DNA from: a virus
Taxonomy: Duplodnaviria; Caudoviricetes
Direction: 5' to 3' (one strand)
Virus record (IMG/VR): IMGVR_UViG_3300044251_000017
Location: 1 to 61,246 of that record
DNA: 61,246 nt
The position numbers and the translations under genes are program-made. How positions within the stretch are numbered: the stretch's first letter is position 1; each line of letters opens with the position of its first letter. The notes beneath the pieces were generated by a model. It was not told where the DNA came from, did not search any database, and saw nothing but the letters and a program-made list of their open reading frames with translations. This document shows positions 42,690 through 51,648 of this stretch, piece by piece.

Positions 42690-43988
42690 TTAAGTCGCGG
42701 GGTTCCACTGCGACTCGGGGCGGTCGTAGTACTCGTCATTCGGGCGCCAGGGCAACAGGCCGTCGTGCCCCCGGACGAGACCACCCGGCCAGTCGCGTTC
42801 CTCGCGGTGGCCGCGCCAGGCGACCACGTCCGCGTTCTCGCCGTTGTTCTTGTTCCGGCGCAGGCCGACGCCGAACTCGGGCCACCCCATGAACACCGCC
42901 GAGCCGCGGGGGCGCATGAACCGATCGCCGTCCTGTGACTTGCCCTGACCGGCGTGCGCTTCGAGCATCATGGCGCAGTGGTGCCGGGTCCGGATGCCAT
43001 CGAGCACCGAGAGCAGGGCACTGGCCTGGCGTTCGTCGTTGAGGTCCGCGCCCTTGTGCAGCTTGTAGAGCGGCCCGACCATGAGCAAGTCCGGCGCGGT
43101 GTTGCCCACGAACCGTTCCAGCCAGGCGGCATCCGAGCCCTTGAGTAGGTCCAGGCCCTCGGGCCGGAAGTCGATGAACAGCCGCTTGTCCCACGTGATC
43201 GGCGGCAGGCCCATGGCGTCCCGCGTGCTGTTGACCACCCGCGTAATCCGGCGCCACCGGCGACGGGCCTGCGAGGTGCTGTTCTCGCAGTCGAGCACGG
43301 TGACCCGGAACTCCTCGTTGCCGTCTCCGATCGGCGAGGCGAGGAACGGGTGGATGCTCGCGGCGATGCACGCCGTGACCTGCGTGAGGAACTCGGTTTT
43401 CCCGAGCCCCTCCTCGCCGGTGATGATCAGCCGGTCCGTCCGTTCGAGCAGGCCCGGGACGAGCCAGTCCCACTCGTCCACCCCGTTGAGCAGGTCCGTG
43501 AGCGTCGGGGGCTGATAGTCGACGTTCAGCGTCGCGTACGTCACGAGCTCGTCCAGCGTCGAGCGCAGGCGCCCGATCACGTCCGCCATCGGCGTCGGGT
43601 CGCCGGTCTCCCACTCGGCATCGAGGTACTGCATCTGCCGTTCCATCTCCTCGGCGAGGCGACGGCGGCCGTAGAGCTCACAGACCCGTTCGGCGTACTG
43701 CTGCGCGTGGATCGCCGTGTGTAATCCGGAGTAGAGCACGTGCAGCCAGGTGCCATCGATGCGCGAGACGAGTCCGGCGTCCTCGATCTCGGCGAGCACG
43801 GTTACCGGGTCGATGGGAACTCGCTTGATCAGCATGTCCCGCATGATCGAGGCGAGCGCCTGCGCGCGCGGCTGCCAGTACGCCTCGGTGGGAACCGAGA
43901 GCAGGAACGGGGCGGTGGTGTCCGGGCTTGAGAGCATCGAGCCCAAGAGGGCGTTCTCGGTGATGATGTCGTAAGCGTGCTGCGCCAT
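42690..43988 (-). CDS. DnaB-like replicative helicase
   Basis: ENALLGSML/PIDPVTV N-domain; GEEGLGKT; DCEN; RGS. Confidence 0.85.
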   Translation of the reverse strand: MAQHAYDIITENALLGSMLSSPDTTAPFLLSVPTEAYWQPRAQALASIMRDMLIKRVPIDPVTVLAEIEDAGLVSRIDGTWLHVLYSGLHTAIHAQQYAERVCELYGRRRLAEEMERQMQYLDAEWETGDPTPMADVIGRLRSTLDELVTYATLNVDYQPPTLTDLLNGVDEWDWLVPGLLERTDRLIITGEEGLGKTEFLTQVTACIAASIHPFLASPIGDGNEEFRVTVLDCENSTSQARRRWRRITRVVNSTRDAMGLPPITWDKRLFIDFRPEGLDLLKGSDAAWLERFVGNTAPDLLMVGPLYKLHKGADLNDERQASALLSVLDGIRTRHHCAMMLEAHAGQGKSQDGDRFMRPRGSAVFMGWPEFGVGLRRNKNNGENADVVAWRGHREERDWPGGLVRGHDGLLPWRPNDEYYDRPESQWNPAT

Positions 43989-43991
43989 AGG

Positions 43992-44789
43992 TCAGCCCTC
44001 GATTTTCATGCCGTTGCGGGTGGTGGGCTGCGTCCGAGTCGGGTCGTCCGGGCGCCGCGAGGGAAGCTTGGGACCGCCGCGCAGCGTGTTCGCGAGGCGT
44101 TCCTCGGTGAGAGTCCAGCGGTTCTCGGCGATGTAGGCGAGCGCCTTGTCTACGTGGTCGTCCGGGTAGCCGTGTTCGAGCGCCTTGCGGACGATCTTCG
44201 CGAAGGCCGGGACGTTGCCCATTTTCCCAAGACGTTCGTACTGGTTGCCCGCGAGCCTGTTCGCGCGCTTGTTCATCTCGCGGATGCTCGGGTTCTCAGG
44301 CTCAACGACCTGCTTGGGAGGCTCGGGGATCAAGGCTTCTTGTTCGCCCGGCGCGGCAGCGTCGGAAGGTAGTTGTTCTTTCTCTAAAAGATGGTCTCTC
44401 TTTGTTGCGGATTTTCCGGCGTCCGGTTTTTCCGGCGTCCGGGAAATCGGGGTGACGGTCTCCGTCGTGCGGGTTTCCGGGGCGACGGGTATCCGGTGCA
44501 GCACGTAGTCCGAGCCGTCGGCGAGCCGCCCCTTGTCGTCGCGGGCCTGTTCCACCGAGAGATAGCCGAGCTCGCGCAGCTCGCGCAGGCCGGTCTCGAT
44601 GGACTCCTTGCCGTCCTTGGCCGCCTTGCCGAGGAACTCGCGCGTCATGCGGAACCCGGGCTCGTGCGAGGCGAGGTAGGTAACGAGACCCATGGCCTTG
44701 AAGGAAAGCCGGGTGTCACGCACGATGCCGCGAGGGACCATGACCCAACCGGGATCGGCCCAATCGTCGGACAGCCGGATGCCGCTCAT
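43992..44789 (-). CDS. Replication initiator (HTH)
   Basis: DTRLSFKAMGL..YL.S...LRELRELGYL; upstream of helicase; internal iterons. Confidence 0.75.
   Translation of the reverse strand: MSGIRLSDDWADPGWVMVPRGIVRDTRLSFKAMGLVTYLASHEPGFRMTREFLGKAAKDGKESIETGLRELRELGYLSVEQARDDKGRLADGSDYVLHRIPVAPETRTTETVTPISRTPEKPDAGKSATKRDHLLEKEQLPSDAAAPGEQEALIPEPPKQVVEPENPSIREMNKRANRLAGNQYERLGKMGNVPAFAKIVRKALEHGYPDDHVDKALAYIAENRWTLTEERLANTLRGGPKLPSRRPDDPTRTQPTTRNGMKIEG
44370..44500. repeat. Putative origin: iterons plus AT-rich tract
   Basis: TTTTCCGGCGTCCGG twice and related CGG..TCCG units at 14-16 bp spacing next to AT-rich 44374-44407. Confidence 0.6.
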
Positions 44790-44833
44790 CGGCCCGCCCG
44801 AGTGAAACTGTCTGGACTGATTGGTACACTCAT
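44786..44833 (-). CDS. 15-aa leader peptide coupled to initiator
   Basis: MSVPISPDSFTRAGR; its TGA overlaps the initiator ATG. Confidence 0.45.
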   Translation of the reverse strand: MSVPISPDSFTRAGR

Positions 44834-45152
44834 GCTCAAGTCTCGATCCTTAGTTGAGAGTTGGACCCCTCGACCTTTAGTCGAGGGGTGTTCGCGAGGT
44901 CTTAGCGGAACCGCGCGGACGGGTTGGACACAGTCGGGTCAAGTCGTATGAGCGACGCAAAGACCAACGAGCGGCGGGTACCTACGGGTATCCGCCGCTT
45001 CGTGTTAATCCGGGACCAGTAGCCTCATCGCGGCTAATCCTTCCTGAGTGTGCACAGGATGGGGGCGGCAAGTATCGGGGGGTCGTGACGATCGGCCCCC
45101 CGGTGCGCGCACGCATCCGAGAGGCCGATCATAGCCCCAAATCTCTCCCCCC

Positions 45153-45689
45153 TCAAAACAAGGTGGGTGACGGTTTCGGTGGCGGCGCGGACTGCTCGCC
45201 GTACAGCGCCGTCACCACCTCATATCCCAGATCGGTGATCGCCCACACCCGGAAGTCGGCGTCGCGGTGGCGCCGGGTCTGCTCGGTCGCCTGGACGTAG
45301 CCGGACCGGACGAGCTCGCCGCGCCGGGGCCGCTCGCTGTTCTGGTCGATGCCGAGTTCCACTTGCAGCTCGAAGTCCGTCCGGTCGCCCTTGGCGAGTT
45401 CCTTGAGGATCTCGCCTCGCTGCGAACCCGACTTGACGATGATGGCCGCCGCTGCCGCCCGGCTGGTCTCGTCTGCGTCCGAGCGCACCTGTCCGGACCG
45501 ATCACCCACAGCGGCCTCGGCGAGACCATCCAGGACATCTGAGAGCCTCTGGATCACGCAGTCCAGCTCATGCCGCACGCCGGCCGCCACCTGGCGCAGG
45601 TCGCCCGGACCGCGGACGTTGTCAAGATCCCTAGCCAAAGCGAGCCCACGCTCGGCGCAGCCCATCGCGGCGGTCAGTTCGGAGATCAT
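45153..45689 (-). CDS. Winged-helix DNA-binding protein
   Basis: TDFEL...RPRRGELVRSGYV...VWAIT..G. Confidence 0.7.
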   Translation of the reverse strand: MISELTAAMGCAERGLALARDLDNVRGPGDLRQVAAGVRHELDCVIQRLSDVLDGLAEAAVGDRSGQVRSDADETSRAAAAAIIVKSGSQRGEILKELAKGDRTDFELQVELGIDQNSERPRRGELVRSGYVQATEQTRRHRDADFRVWAITDLGYEVVTALYGEQSAPPPKPSPTLF

Positions 45690-45862
45690 GCAGTCACGTC
45701 CTCTACGGTGATGGCCAAGGCGCGGCCCTCGGGCGTGTAGATGATGAACTCGTTCGCCTCGGTACGGACGGTCTTCTCGGTCGGCCACGCGAGATGCGTC
45801 ATTCCGCATCCGACCACCTGCCAGACTTCCTCGCAGGCGTCCACGTCTCCCGCCGCGCTCAT
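45686..45862 (-). CDS. Small hypothetical protein
   Basis: ATGA overlaps; GRALAITVEDV. Confidence 0.55.
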   Translation of the reverse strand: MSAAGDVDACEEVWQVVGCGMTHLAWPTEKTVRTEANEFIIYTPEGRALAITVEDVTA

Positions 45863-46035
45863 CCGGACACATCCTCGATGGTGATTCCGATCATGCGGCC
45901 ATTCGAGACGTGCACGAGCATGGCGCCCGATGCGTCCGGCGGAAAGCCGTCGCCGTCGAACCATCCTTCGATGATGGCGACGGCGCTTCTGGCGTCCACC
46001 ACCTCGGCGTCGGTGAAGTCTTTCGGGGTCATCAT
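45859..46035 (-). CDS. Small hypothetical protein
   Basis: GGAGG RBS; GRMIGITIEDV. Confidence 0.6.
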   Translation of the reverse strand: MMTPKDFTDAEVVDARSAVAIIEGWFDGDGFPPDASGAMLVHVSNGRMIGITIEDVSG

Positions 46036-46106
46036 CGGTGGCACCTCCGGCAAATGCAGATCACGCGACGGCATGCGCCGCACACGATCGTGGCCATACG
46101 GATCAT
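46032..46106 (-). CDS. 24-aa Cys-rich peptide (not in ORF track)
   Basis: MIRMATIVCGACRRVICICRRCHR; ATGA overlaps both sides; AAGGAG RBS. Confidence 0.5.
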   Translation of the reverse strand: MIRMATIVCGACRRVICICRRCHR

Positions 46107-46432
46107 TTCTTTGGCTCCTTCGGGTGTATCGGTGCGCAGCCCTGGCGCCCGCACCGGCCTTTCCACTCGATCCCGCACTTCTCGCACTGCTTGATCACGC
46201 CCCACTTGACGGCGGTCTCGCGGCCGAGGCCCGTGAAGTGCTCGCCCACGATGAGCCCGTGGTGACCGAGCTCCTTGAACGCCCGGACGTAGCCGCCCGG
46301 GAAGGGACGGCCATCGAACCGGATCGGGTCACCGGCCCACGTGTAGATCTCGCCGCGCAGGACCATCCGGAGCATCGCCTTGCGCGCGTCGTTCGGCTCA
46401 AGGGCGGTGAGGTCGCGGTCCCCCTTGCTCAC
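46103..46432 (-). CDS. Hypothetical protein
   Basis: GTGA overlap; CEKC. Confidence 0.6.
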   Translation of the reverse strand: MSKGDRDLTALEPNDARKAMLRMVLRGEIYTWAGDPIRFDGRPFPGGYVRAFKELGHHGLIVGEHFTGLGRETAVKWGVIKQCEKCGIEWKGRCGRQGCAPIHPKEPKK

Positions 46433-46593
46433 TGGTCGATCTCGATCCCGTGTTCGCGACGCAGGTAAGCGGCGACTTCCTGCGCGGCCTCCTCGGATGC
46501 GGCGTCGTAGTCGTGCGGGCCGACCCTCATTGCCTCGGCGATGAGGTCGGCCACGTCGCGCAGCGTGCCTGCTGCCGGAACGATGGCGGTCAT
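46429..46593 (-). CDS. 54-aa hypothetical protein (not in ORF track)
   Basis: MTAIVPAAGTLRDVADLIAEAM...; overlaps both neighbours. Confidence 0.6.
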   Translation of the reverse strand: MTAIVPAAGTLRDVADLIAEAMRVGPHDYDAASEEAAQEVAAYLRREHGIEIDQ

Positions 46594-47273
46594 GCTTGCT
46601 CCCGATCGACCGAGATGCCCTTGAACTTGACGGTCTTCTTGATCGCACCGGTGACGGTCGCGGCGATCTTGTCGCCACCGGGCAGCCGCGCGAGCAGCTT
46701 GGCGGTCGCGCGGACCTTCGTGATCTGCGGTTTGAACGCGCCCTGCGCCGTAATGCTTTCCATCGCCTGGACGAGTACCTCGGCGAGGATGTGCCGGACG
46801 GTCTCGGGGTCGCCGTCGAACTCGGCGCGGAACATCTCGCCGAGACGGTCGGCCCGCTCAGTGATCAGGGCGAACGCGAGCGCGGACCGCAATGAGTCCT
46901 GGTCGATCTCGTAGTCGTTCTCGGTGTCGACGCTGATCTTGATGTTGGTGCCGTCGATGTCCGGCACCGTGATGCCCGAGGTCGGGACGCCGTCCTGCTC
47001 GCCTACCGCGTCGATGAGCAGCTCGGCAATGGCCGGTCGGACCGAGGACCGCTCGAACGTGGTGAACGCGCGGCCGTAGCTCTTGGCCGTCTCGGCGATC
47101 TCGGCAAGGCGACGCTGTCCGGCGTAGCTGTCCTCGGGGGTTTCGACTTTGGTCTTGATCTCCAAGAGCACGGAATCGAGACCCTGCTTGAGCAGCTTGA
47201 GCAGGGACGGCGTGCTCGGCAGGCGCTGCCCGTCGTGAAGGACGAGGCCCTGCTCGGCGTCTGGTGTGGTCAT
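46590..47273 (-). CDS. Hypothetical protein
   Basis: GGAGG RBS; 227 aa. Confidence 0.7.
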   Translation of the reverse strand: MTTPDAEQGLVLHDGQRLPSTPSLLKLLKQGLDSVLLEIKTKVETPEDSYAGQRRLAEIAETAKSYGRAFTTFERSSVRPAIAELLIDAVGEQDGVPTSGITVPDIDGTNIKISVDTENDYEIDQDSLRSALAFALITERADRLGEMFRAEFDGDPETVRHILAEVLVQAMESITAQGAFKPQITKVRATAKLLARLPGGDKIAATVTGAIKKTVKFKGISVDREQA

Positions 47274-47452
47274 GACCCCTCCAGAGCAGAAGAAATAGCG
47301 GGCGCGACGGTCTTGCGCCACGGGTGAAAGGCGGACGGCCGGTGCTCGGACACGAGGTGATGGCACCCGGCGCACACGCCCGGCTTCCCGTTGTCGAACA
47401 TGCCGACGCGTTGGCCTTCGATGCAGCAGTCACAGTTCGCGGGCTCGGTCAT
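47270..47452 (-). CDS. Small Cys/His protein
   Basis: GAGGAGG RBS. Confidence 0.55.
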   Translation of the reverse strand: MTEPANCDCCIEGQRVGMFDNGKPGVCAGCHHLVSEHRPSAFHPWRKTVAPAISSALEGS

Positions 47453-47471
47453 TCGGGCTTCGCCTCCTCGG

Positions 47472-47708
47472 TCATTTGATCATCCTTTCCAGGGCATCGG
47501 CGAAGCCCTGGGTGCGCGCGTAGTCCGGGTCACCGAGGCCGTTCTTGTTGTGACGGCTGTTCTTGTGGGTGAGCTGCCAGACGGCGAGCTTGAGGGCGTG
47601 CCTGCGGAACGGCGCGAGGACGCACTTGGCGGTCTTCTCGCCGTCCGCGTACTCGCTCGGGAAGTCAGCGGCGTACTCGACACCGGCGCGCTGGTAGTCG
47701 GTGATCAT
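47472..47708 (-). CDS. Hypothetical protein
   Basis: Overlaps upstream stop. Confidence 0.55.
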   Translation of the reverse strand: MITDYQRAGVEYAADFPSEYADGEKTAKCVLAPFRRHALKLAVWQLTHKNSRHNKNGLGDPDYARTQGFADALERMIK

Positions 47709-47989
47709 CAGTCCACCAAGGCGAACTCGGCGATGACCTCGTGATCGTTGTCCAGCAACGTGCACTGGTCCATGACGATCACGGCGACGCAAGGGACGCA
47801 GCAATTGAGCAACGCCCGCTCGTCCGCGTACGTGAGATACAGGTTGACTGTGACCTGCGCCTTTTCACCTTGGCAATGCAGGCAGTCGGCGCCGAGTGCG
47901 TCGACCTGGTCCGGGAAGACCTCGCGGAACTGAATGCGGAATGAGGGACACCCCACCTTGGCGGGCAGATCGATCGTGGTGTTCTGCAT
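47708..47989 (-). CDS. Hypothetical Cys-rich protein (leaderless)
   Basis: ATG 6 nt after TATGAT. Confidence 0.65.
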   Translation of the reverse strand: MQNTTIDLPAKVGCPSFRIQFREVFPDQVDALGADCLHCQGEKAQVTVNLYLTYADERALLNCCVPCVAVIVMDQCTLLDNDHEVIAEFALVD

Positions 47990-47995
47990 GATCCG

Positions 47996-48024
47996 ATCAT
48001 ACCCCCCATATTAGGGGGATGCAA
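47996..48024 (-). promoter_or_regulatory. Promoter TTGCAT-17-TATGAT with box
   Basis: TTGCAT ccccctaatatgggggg TATGAT. Confidence 0.85.
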
Positions 48025-48027
48025 TAG

Positions 48028-48065
48028 CGAGAAGCCCGGCCCCTGGGGGATGGCCGGGCTTCTCG
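48028..48065. terminator. Intrinsic terminator
   Basis: CGAGAAGCCCGGCC...GGCCGGGCTTCTCG. Confidence 0.75.
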
Positions 48066-48082
48066 GTTTCAGTATGCGCGTC

Positions 48083-48283
48083 CTACAGGTCGTCCGGTTC
48101 CAGAACTGGCAGTGAGCCATCCGGGTTGGTCGGCTTGCTGGTCACTTCGATCAGGTGGCCGCGTGCCCATTGCTCAACGGCGCCCGCGTACGCGAAGCTC
48201 CCGCGCCAATCGCAGCCGGAACACCATCCCGCCACGCCGACACCTTCCGTGCCCTTGATCGTCACACTGTGGGGTGCACCCAT
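48083..48283 (-). CDS. Small Zn-finger-like protein
   Basis: AAGGA RBS; CSGCDW...WARGH. Confidence 0.55.
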   Translation of the reverse strand: MGAPHSVTIKGTEGVGVAGWCSGCDWRGSFAYAGAVEQWARGHLIEVTSKPTNPDGSLPVLEPDDL

Positions 48284-48399
48284 GATCCTTCTCTTTTCGC
48301 TACCGTGTGTCATCTGAAAGATGAGAACTACAGCGTTTGTTACATCCAGCACGCAACAAACGCTGTAGTGCACTCGCCCCCATCAATCACTTTGCGTGA

Positions 48400-48954
48400 T
48401 CAAAAAGGAGGTTCCTCAGCCCATCCGCCGGCGCTGCCGGTCTGCGTGTTTGCCGGGGCACTGCCCCACGGGTCATCGTTCTGCGGAGCCTGGCGCCGCT
48501 GCTGTCCGCCACCGCCCTGGCCGCCGTACTGACCGCCACCACCCTGCTGCCTCTGCTGGCCGCCCTGGTCGTAGCCGCCCCCGCCCTGCGTGCGCTCGGC
48601 CTTCTGGACTCGCGCGGATGCCCACTGGAGATCGGGACCGACGGCGTCCGCCGTGATCTCCAGGCTGTAGCGCACGTCGCCCTCGGGGGTCGTGTACTTC
48701 CGGTTACTCAACCGGCCCTGGACGATGACGCGCATCCCCTTGCCGATGGACTCGGCGCAGTTCTCCGCGAGCGAGCGCCAGGCATTGACGCGGTACCAGG
48801 TGGCATCGCCGTCCACCCACTCACCGGCCTGGTTCTTGGTTCGCGGCGTGCAGCACACCGAGAAGTTCGCGACGGCCGCGCCGTTCGGGGTGAACCTGAG
48901 TTCGGCCTCGCTTCCGGTGTTGCCGACGATCGTGATTATCGGTTCGTTCGCCAT
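48400..48954 (-). CDS. ssb: Single-stranded DNA-binding protein
   Basis: ELRFTPNGAAVANF, LAEN, VIVQGRL, G/Q tail, EPPF. Confidence 0.95.
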   Translation of the reverse strand: MANEPIITIVGNTGSEAELRFTPNGAAVANFSVCCTPRTKNQAGEWVDGDATWYRVNAWRSLAENCAESIGKGMRVIVQGRLSNRKYTTPEGDVRYSLEITADAVGPDLQWASARVQKAERTQGGGGYDQGGQQRQQGGGGQYGGQGGGGQQRRQAPQNDDPWGSAPANTQTGSAGGWAEEPPF

Positions 48955-48989
48955 GGTGGTGCTCTCCTAGTTGATCGTTTGCGGCAGGT

Positions 48990-50774
48990 TTAGGGGCGGT
49001 AGGACGGGGCGTTCATCGAGACGCCGACCGAGCGCGCGACGGTCTGGAAACCGGCGAGCTGCGAGCGGAGGTTGTGCATCGTGTCGCGCAGCGCGCGGAC
49101 GAGCATGTCGGCCTCGGTCTGCTCGTAGATCTCGTTCTTGCAGGCGAGGATGGCCTCGGCCTTGCGCTGGTCCGCGGCACGTGCCTTGGACGTGGCGATC
49201 TTGAGGTTGTAGCGCATCGTGTACGCGTAGTCGGCCTGGTGAAGCCTGGAGATCTGCTCACGCAAGAACGCCTCGCCGTTGCCGAGTCGACGCAGGATCT
49301 CCACGATGGCGATCTCGATGTCCTGCGGGGTGTAGACCTGCGTCGGGTCGATCGGCGGCAGGTAGCTGCCGACGGGGTCCATCGAGTCCGCGCTCGTGGG
49401 CATGATCGGCGTGCCGCTGCCTGGCGTGAGGCCGGTCTCTTGCTCCACTTCGGACACTTCGGAACCCGGCGCCGGGCCGTCCGGTGTGGACTGCTCGGGC
49501 AGGAAGGATTCGTCGATAGTGGGGATTGCGGCGTCCACCGTGCCGTCCGGGTGGACATCACGGCCGTCCGACAGGTGGTGGTAGAGCACCGTGTGCAGCA
49601 CCTTGAAGACGCACGACTTGCCCTCGAAGCCGAACGGGCAGCGCGGACGCTCGAAGTCCGCATGCCAGTCGTCGCCGTCCACACGACCGTCGACGTAGAC
49701 GTTGCCACTCACGCCGGTGCCGGTCCATTCGACGTGGTCCGGGCAGAGCATGAGTTCGCCCATTTCGAACGGTGCTCGGCCAGGACACTGGTCCGCAGAC
49801 TCGTGTCCGTCCGGCACAAACGCGTCACACTGGGCAGTGCCAACGAACCAGTGATCACGGCAGAACCGTCCGGGAGTTTCCGTGACGGCCTCCTCGGGGC
49901 AGTCATCGAAGCCCTCGTAGTCGCCTGCGTCGCACAGTCCGAGATACGCGGTGGGTTCAGTGGTCAGGGCAGCTGCGAGCGCCTTGGTTTCCTCGCTCGG
50001 CTCGTAGTCGTCGTCCAGCTTGGGACCATCGGAGTCGGTGTCCGGGTCGCCGAACGACCACTCTTGCCCCGCAGGACTGGCCATGATCTCGGCGGCCTCC
50101 TCCTCGGTGATCGTGCTCGGCTCGGGCTTGGTGACGGCGACGGGGAACATCTCATCGGACACCTTGGTGAAGTCGACACCGCCCACAGTGACCGTGTCGC
50201 CCACCTCGTAGGTCTGCGCCTCGTCCGTCACGGGGCCGTCCGCCGCAAGACCGAGATCGGCGAGCACTTCGGGACTCGGACCGTGACCGGCGGCCACCTG
50301 CGCGGCCCGCCACTCCTCTGCCGTCTGGTCTCCCACCATGCCGTCGGCGTGCACGACCATCGAGATCTCGTCCACCACCTCGGCGTCGAGCGGTTCCTCG
50401 GGCGCGGCCACCGGCTCGGACGGGACGCCGGCGCCACCGACCTCGGGGTAGCTGCCGAACGCGCCCTGCCGGACCTTGGGCTCGGCGGCGTAGTCGTCGG
50501 TGCGCTTGGTCGCCTTGAGTCGGGCAGCGCGCAGCGGACCGGCGATCTTGTCGTAAGCGGCCTGCCCACGAGCGGACTCGGGGCGCGGCAGGGCGTACGG
50601 GTCCGGCTCGGGCTCGTCGTAACCTTCGGGCTCGTCTTCCACCGGCCAGCCGAGCAGCTCGCCGCATCCGCACAGGATGCCGGTCTGTCCATCGACCGAG
50701 TGCGGGCCGTACTTCTCGACGTGCTCGGCGTGGTCCGGCCAGTGCTGTTCGACCATCTCGTTGGCGTTCGGCAT
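48990..50774 (-). CDS. Large acidic protein with Zn modules and UvsY-like helical C-terminus
   Basis: Between ERF-like and ssb; repeated C..C..CxDH; C-terminal AADQRKAEA...LRSQL coiled region. Confidence 0.55.
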   Translation of the reverse strand: MPNANEMVEQHWPDHAEHVEKYGPHSVDGQTGILCGCGELLGWPVEDEPEGYDEPEPDPYALPRPESARGQAAYDKIAGPLRAARLKATKRTDDYAAEPKVRQGAFGSYPEVGGAGVPSEPVAAPEEPLDAEVVDEISMVVHADGMVGDQTAEEWRAAQVAAGHGPSPEVLADLGLAADGPVTDEAQTYEVGDTVTVGGVDFTKVSDEMFPVAVTKPEPSTITEEEAAEIMASPAGQEWSFGDPDTDSDGPKLDDDYEPSEETKALAAALTTEPTAYLGLCDAGDYEGFDDCPEEAVTETPGRFCRDHWFVGTAQCDAFVPDGHESADQCPGRAPFEMGELMLCPDHVEWTGTGVSGNVYVDGRVDGDDWHADFERPRCPFGFEGKSCVFKVLHTVLYHHLSDGRDVHPDGTVDAAIPTIDESFLPEQSTPDGPAPGSEVSEVEQETGLTPGSGTPIMPTSADSMDPVGSYLPPIDPTQVYTPQDIEIAIVEILRRLGNGEAFLREQISRLHQADYAYTMRYNLKIATSKARAADQRKAEAILACKNEIYEQTEADMLVRALRDTMHNLRSQLAGFQTVARSVGVSMNAPSYRP

Positions 50775-50776
50775 GA

Positions 50777-51646
50777 TCAGTAACCTCCGTGATCCGGCTC
50801 GGGCGGACCGTTGTAGGTCTGACCGTCGTAGCCCTCGGGACCGTCAGCCATACGGTTGGGTTGCGCGGAATCCGCGCTGGTGGACTCCGGGTGTTGCCCA
50901 AGCGTTGCCCCGACGGACGCGAACCGGACGGCGAGCTTGACCCCGTCCACCTCGACGCCACCGAGGCCGCGCTTTTTGGCGTTGCCGATCAGCGTGTTGA
51001 GCTGTTCGAGGTTGATGCCAGGCTGGTTCATCGCCTGGACGAACCAGCGCGCAGCTGCCATACGCCGATCGGCTTGCGGCATCTCGGGCTGCGCGGGTGG
51101 CTGATTCGGCGGCGCCTGGCGCTGGTTCTGCGGAGGGCGACCCTGGCCGACAGGCTGCGAGTAGTCGCCGCCATCATCACCGGGTCGCGAGGCATCCGGG
51201 TCGGGGTCGTCGGTCGGGATCATGAACGACTGCGTGAGGGCCGCTTTCATAGCGGTGGTCATCGCCTTGGCGGTCGCCTTATCCGAGTTGTCCTTGCCCT
51301 CGCCAAAAGCCTGCGCGGTCAATGTGCTGCCGTCTTCCAGGCTTGTGAAGGTGTAGGCCATCTCGACCCACACCGAGGTCCACATGACGTAACCGCTGCC
51401 CTCTTTGTACGGCTTCTTGTCCAGGTCGCGGAACGAGTTGATCGTCCTGGACTGGACAAAGATCTTGTGTTTACGGAACGCGAGCCCGAGCGCGGCAGCG
51501 GTGTCCTCGAACTTCCGGAAGGTGTAGCTGCCCGACCGGCCGCCGTCGTACTGGCCGCCCTTCGGGATGTAGGTGACTTCCTGCATGACCGCCTCGATGG
51601 CGGACAGGATGGCAGGGGGAGATGTGGGGGCAGACATGGTGCTCAC
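50777..51646 (-). CDS. ERF-family single-strand annealing protein
   Basis: YTFRKFED, GEGKDNSDKATAKAMT.A.K.AL...IPTDD.DPD. Confidence 0.85.
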   Translation of the reverse strand: MSTMSAPTSPPAILSAIEAVMQEVTYIPKGGQYDGGRSGSYTFRKFEDTAAALGLAFRKHKIFVQSRTINSFRDLDKKPYKEGSGYVMWTSVWVEMAYTFTSLEDGSTLTAQAFGEGKDNSDKATAKAMTTAMKAALTQSFMIPTDDPDPDASRPGDDGGDYSQPVGQGRPPQNQRQAPPNQPPAQPEMPQADRRMAAARWFVQAMNQPGINLEQLNTLIGNAKKRGLGGVEVDGVKLAVRFASVGATLGQHPESTSADSAQPNRMADGPEGYDGQTYNGPPEPDHGGY

Positions 51647-51648
51647 TT

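Noticed and set aside
44948-45022. Plus-strand mini-ORF MSDAKTNERRVPTGIRRFVLIRDQ resembling an HNH N-terminus
   Set aside because: Only 24 codons, no RBS, no continuation, and it overlaps a strong hairpin
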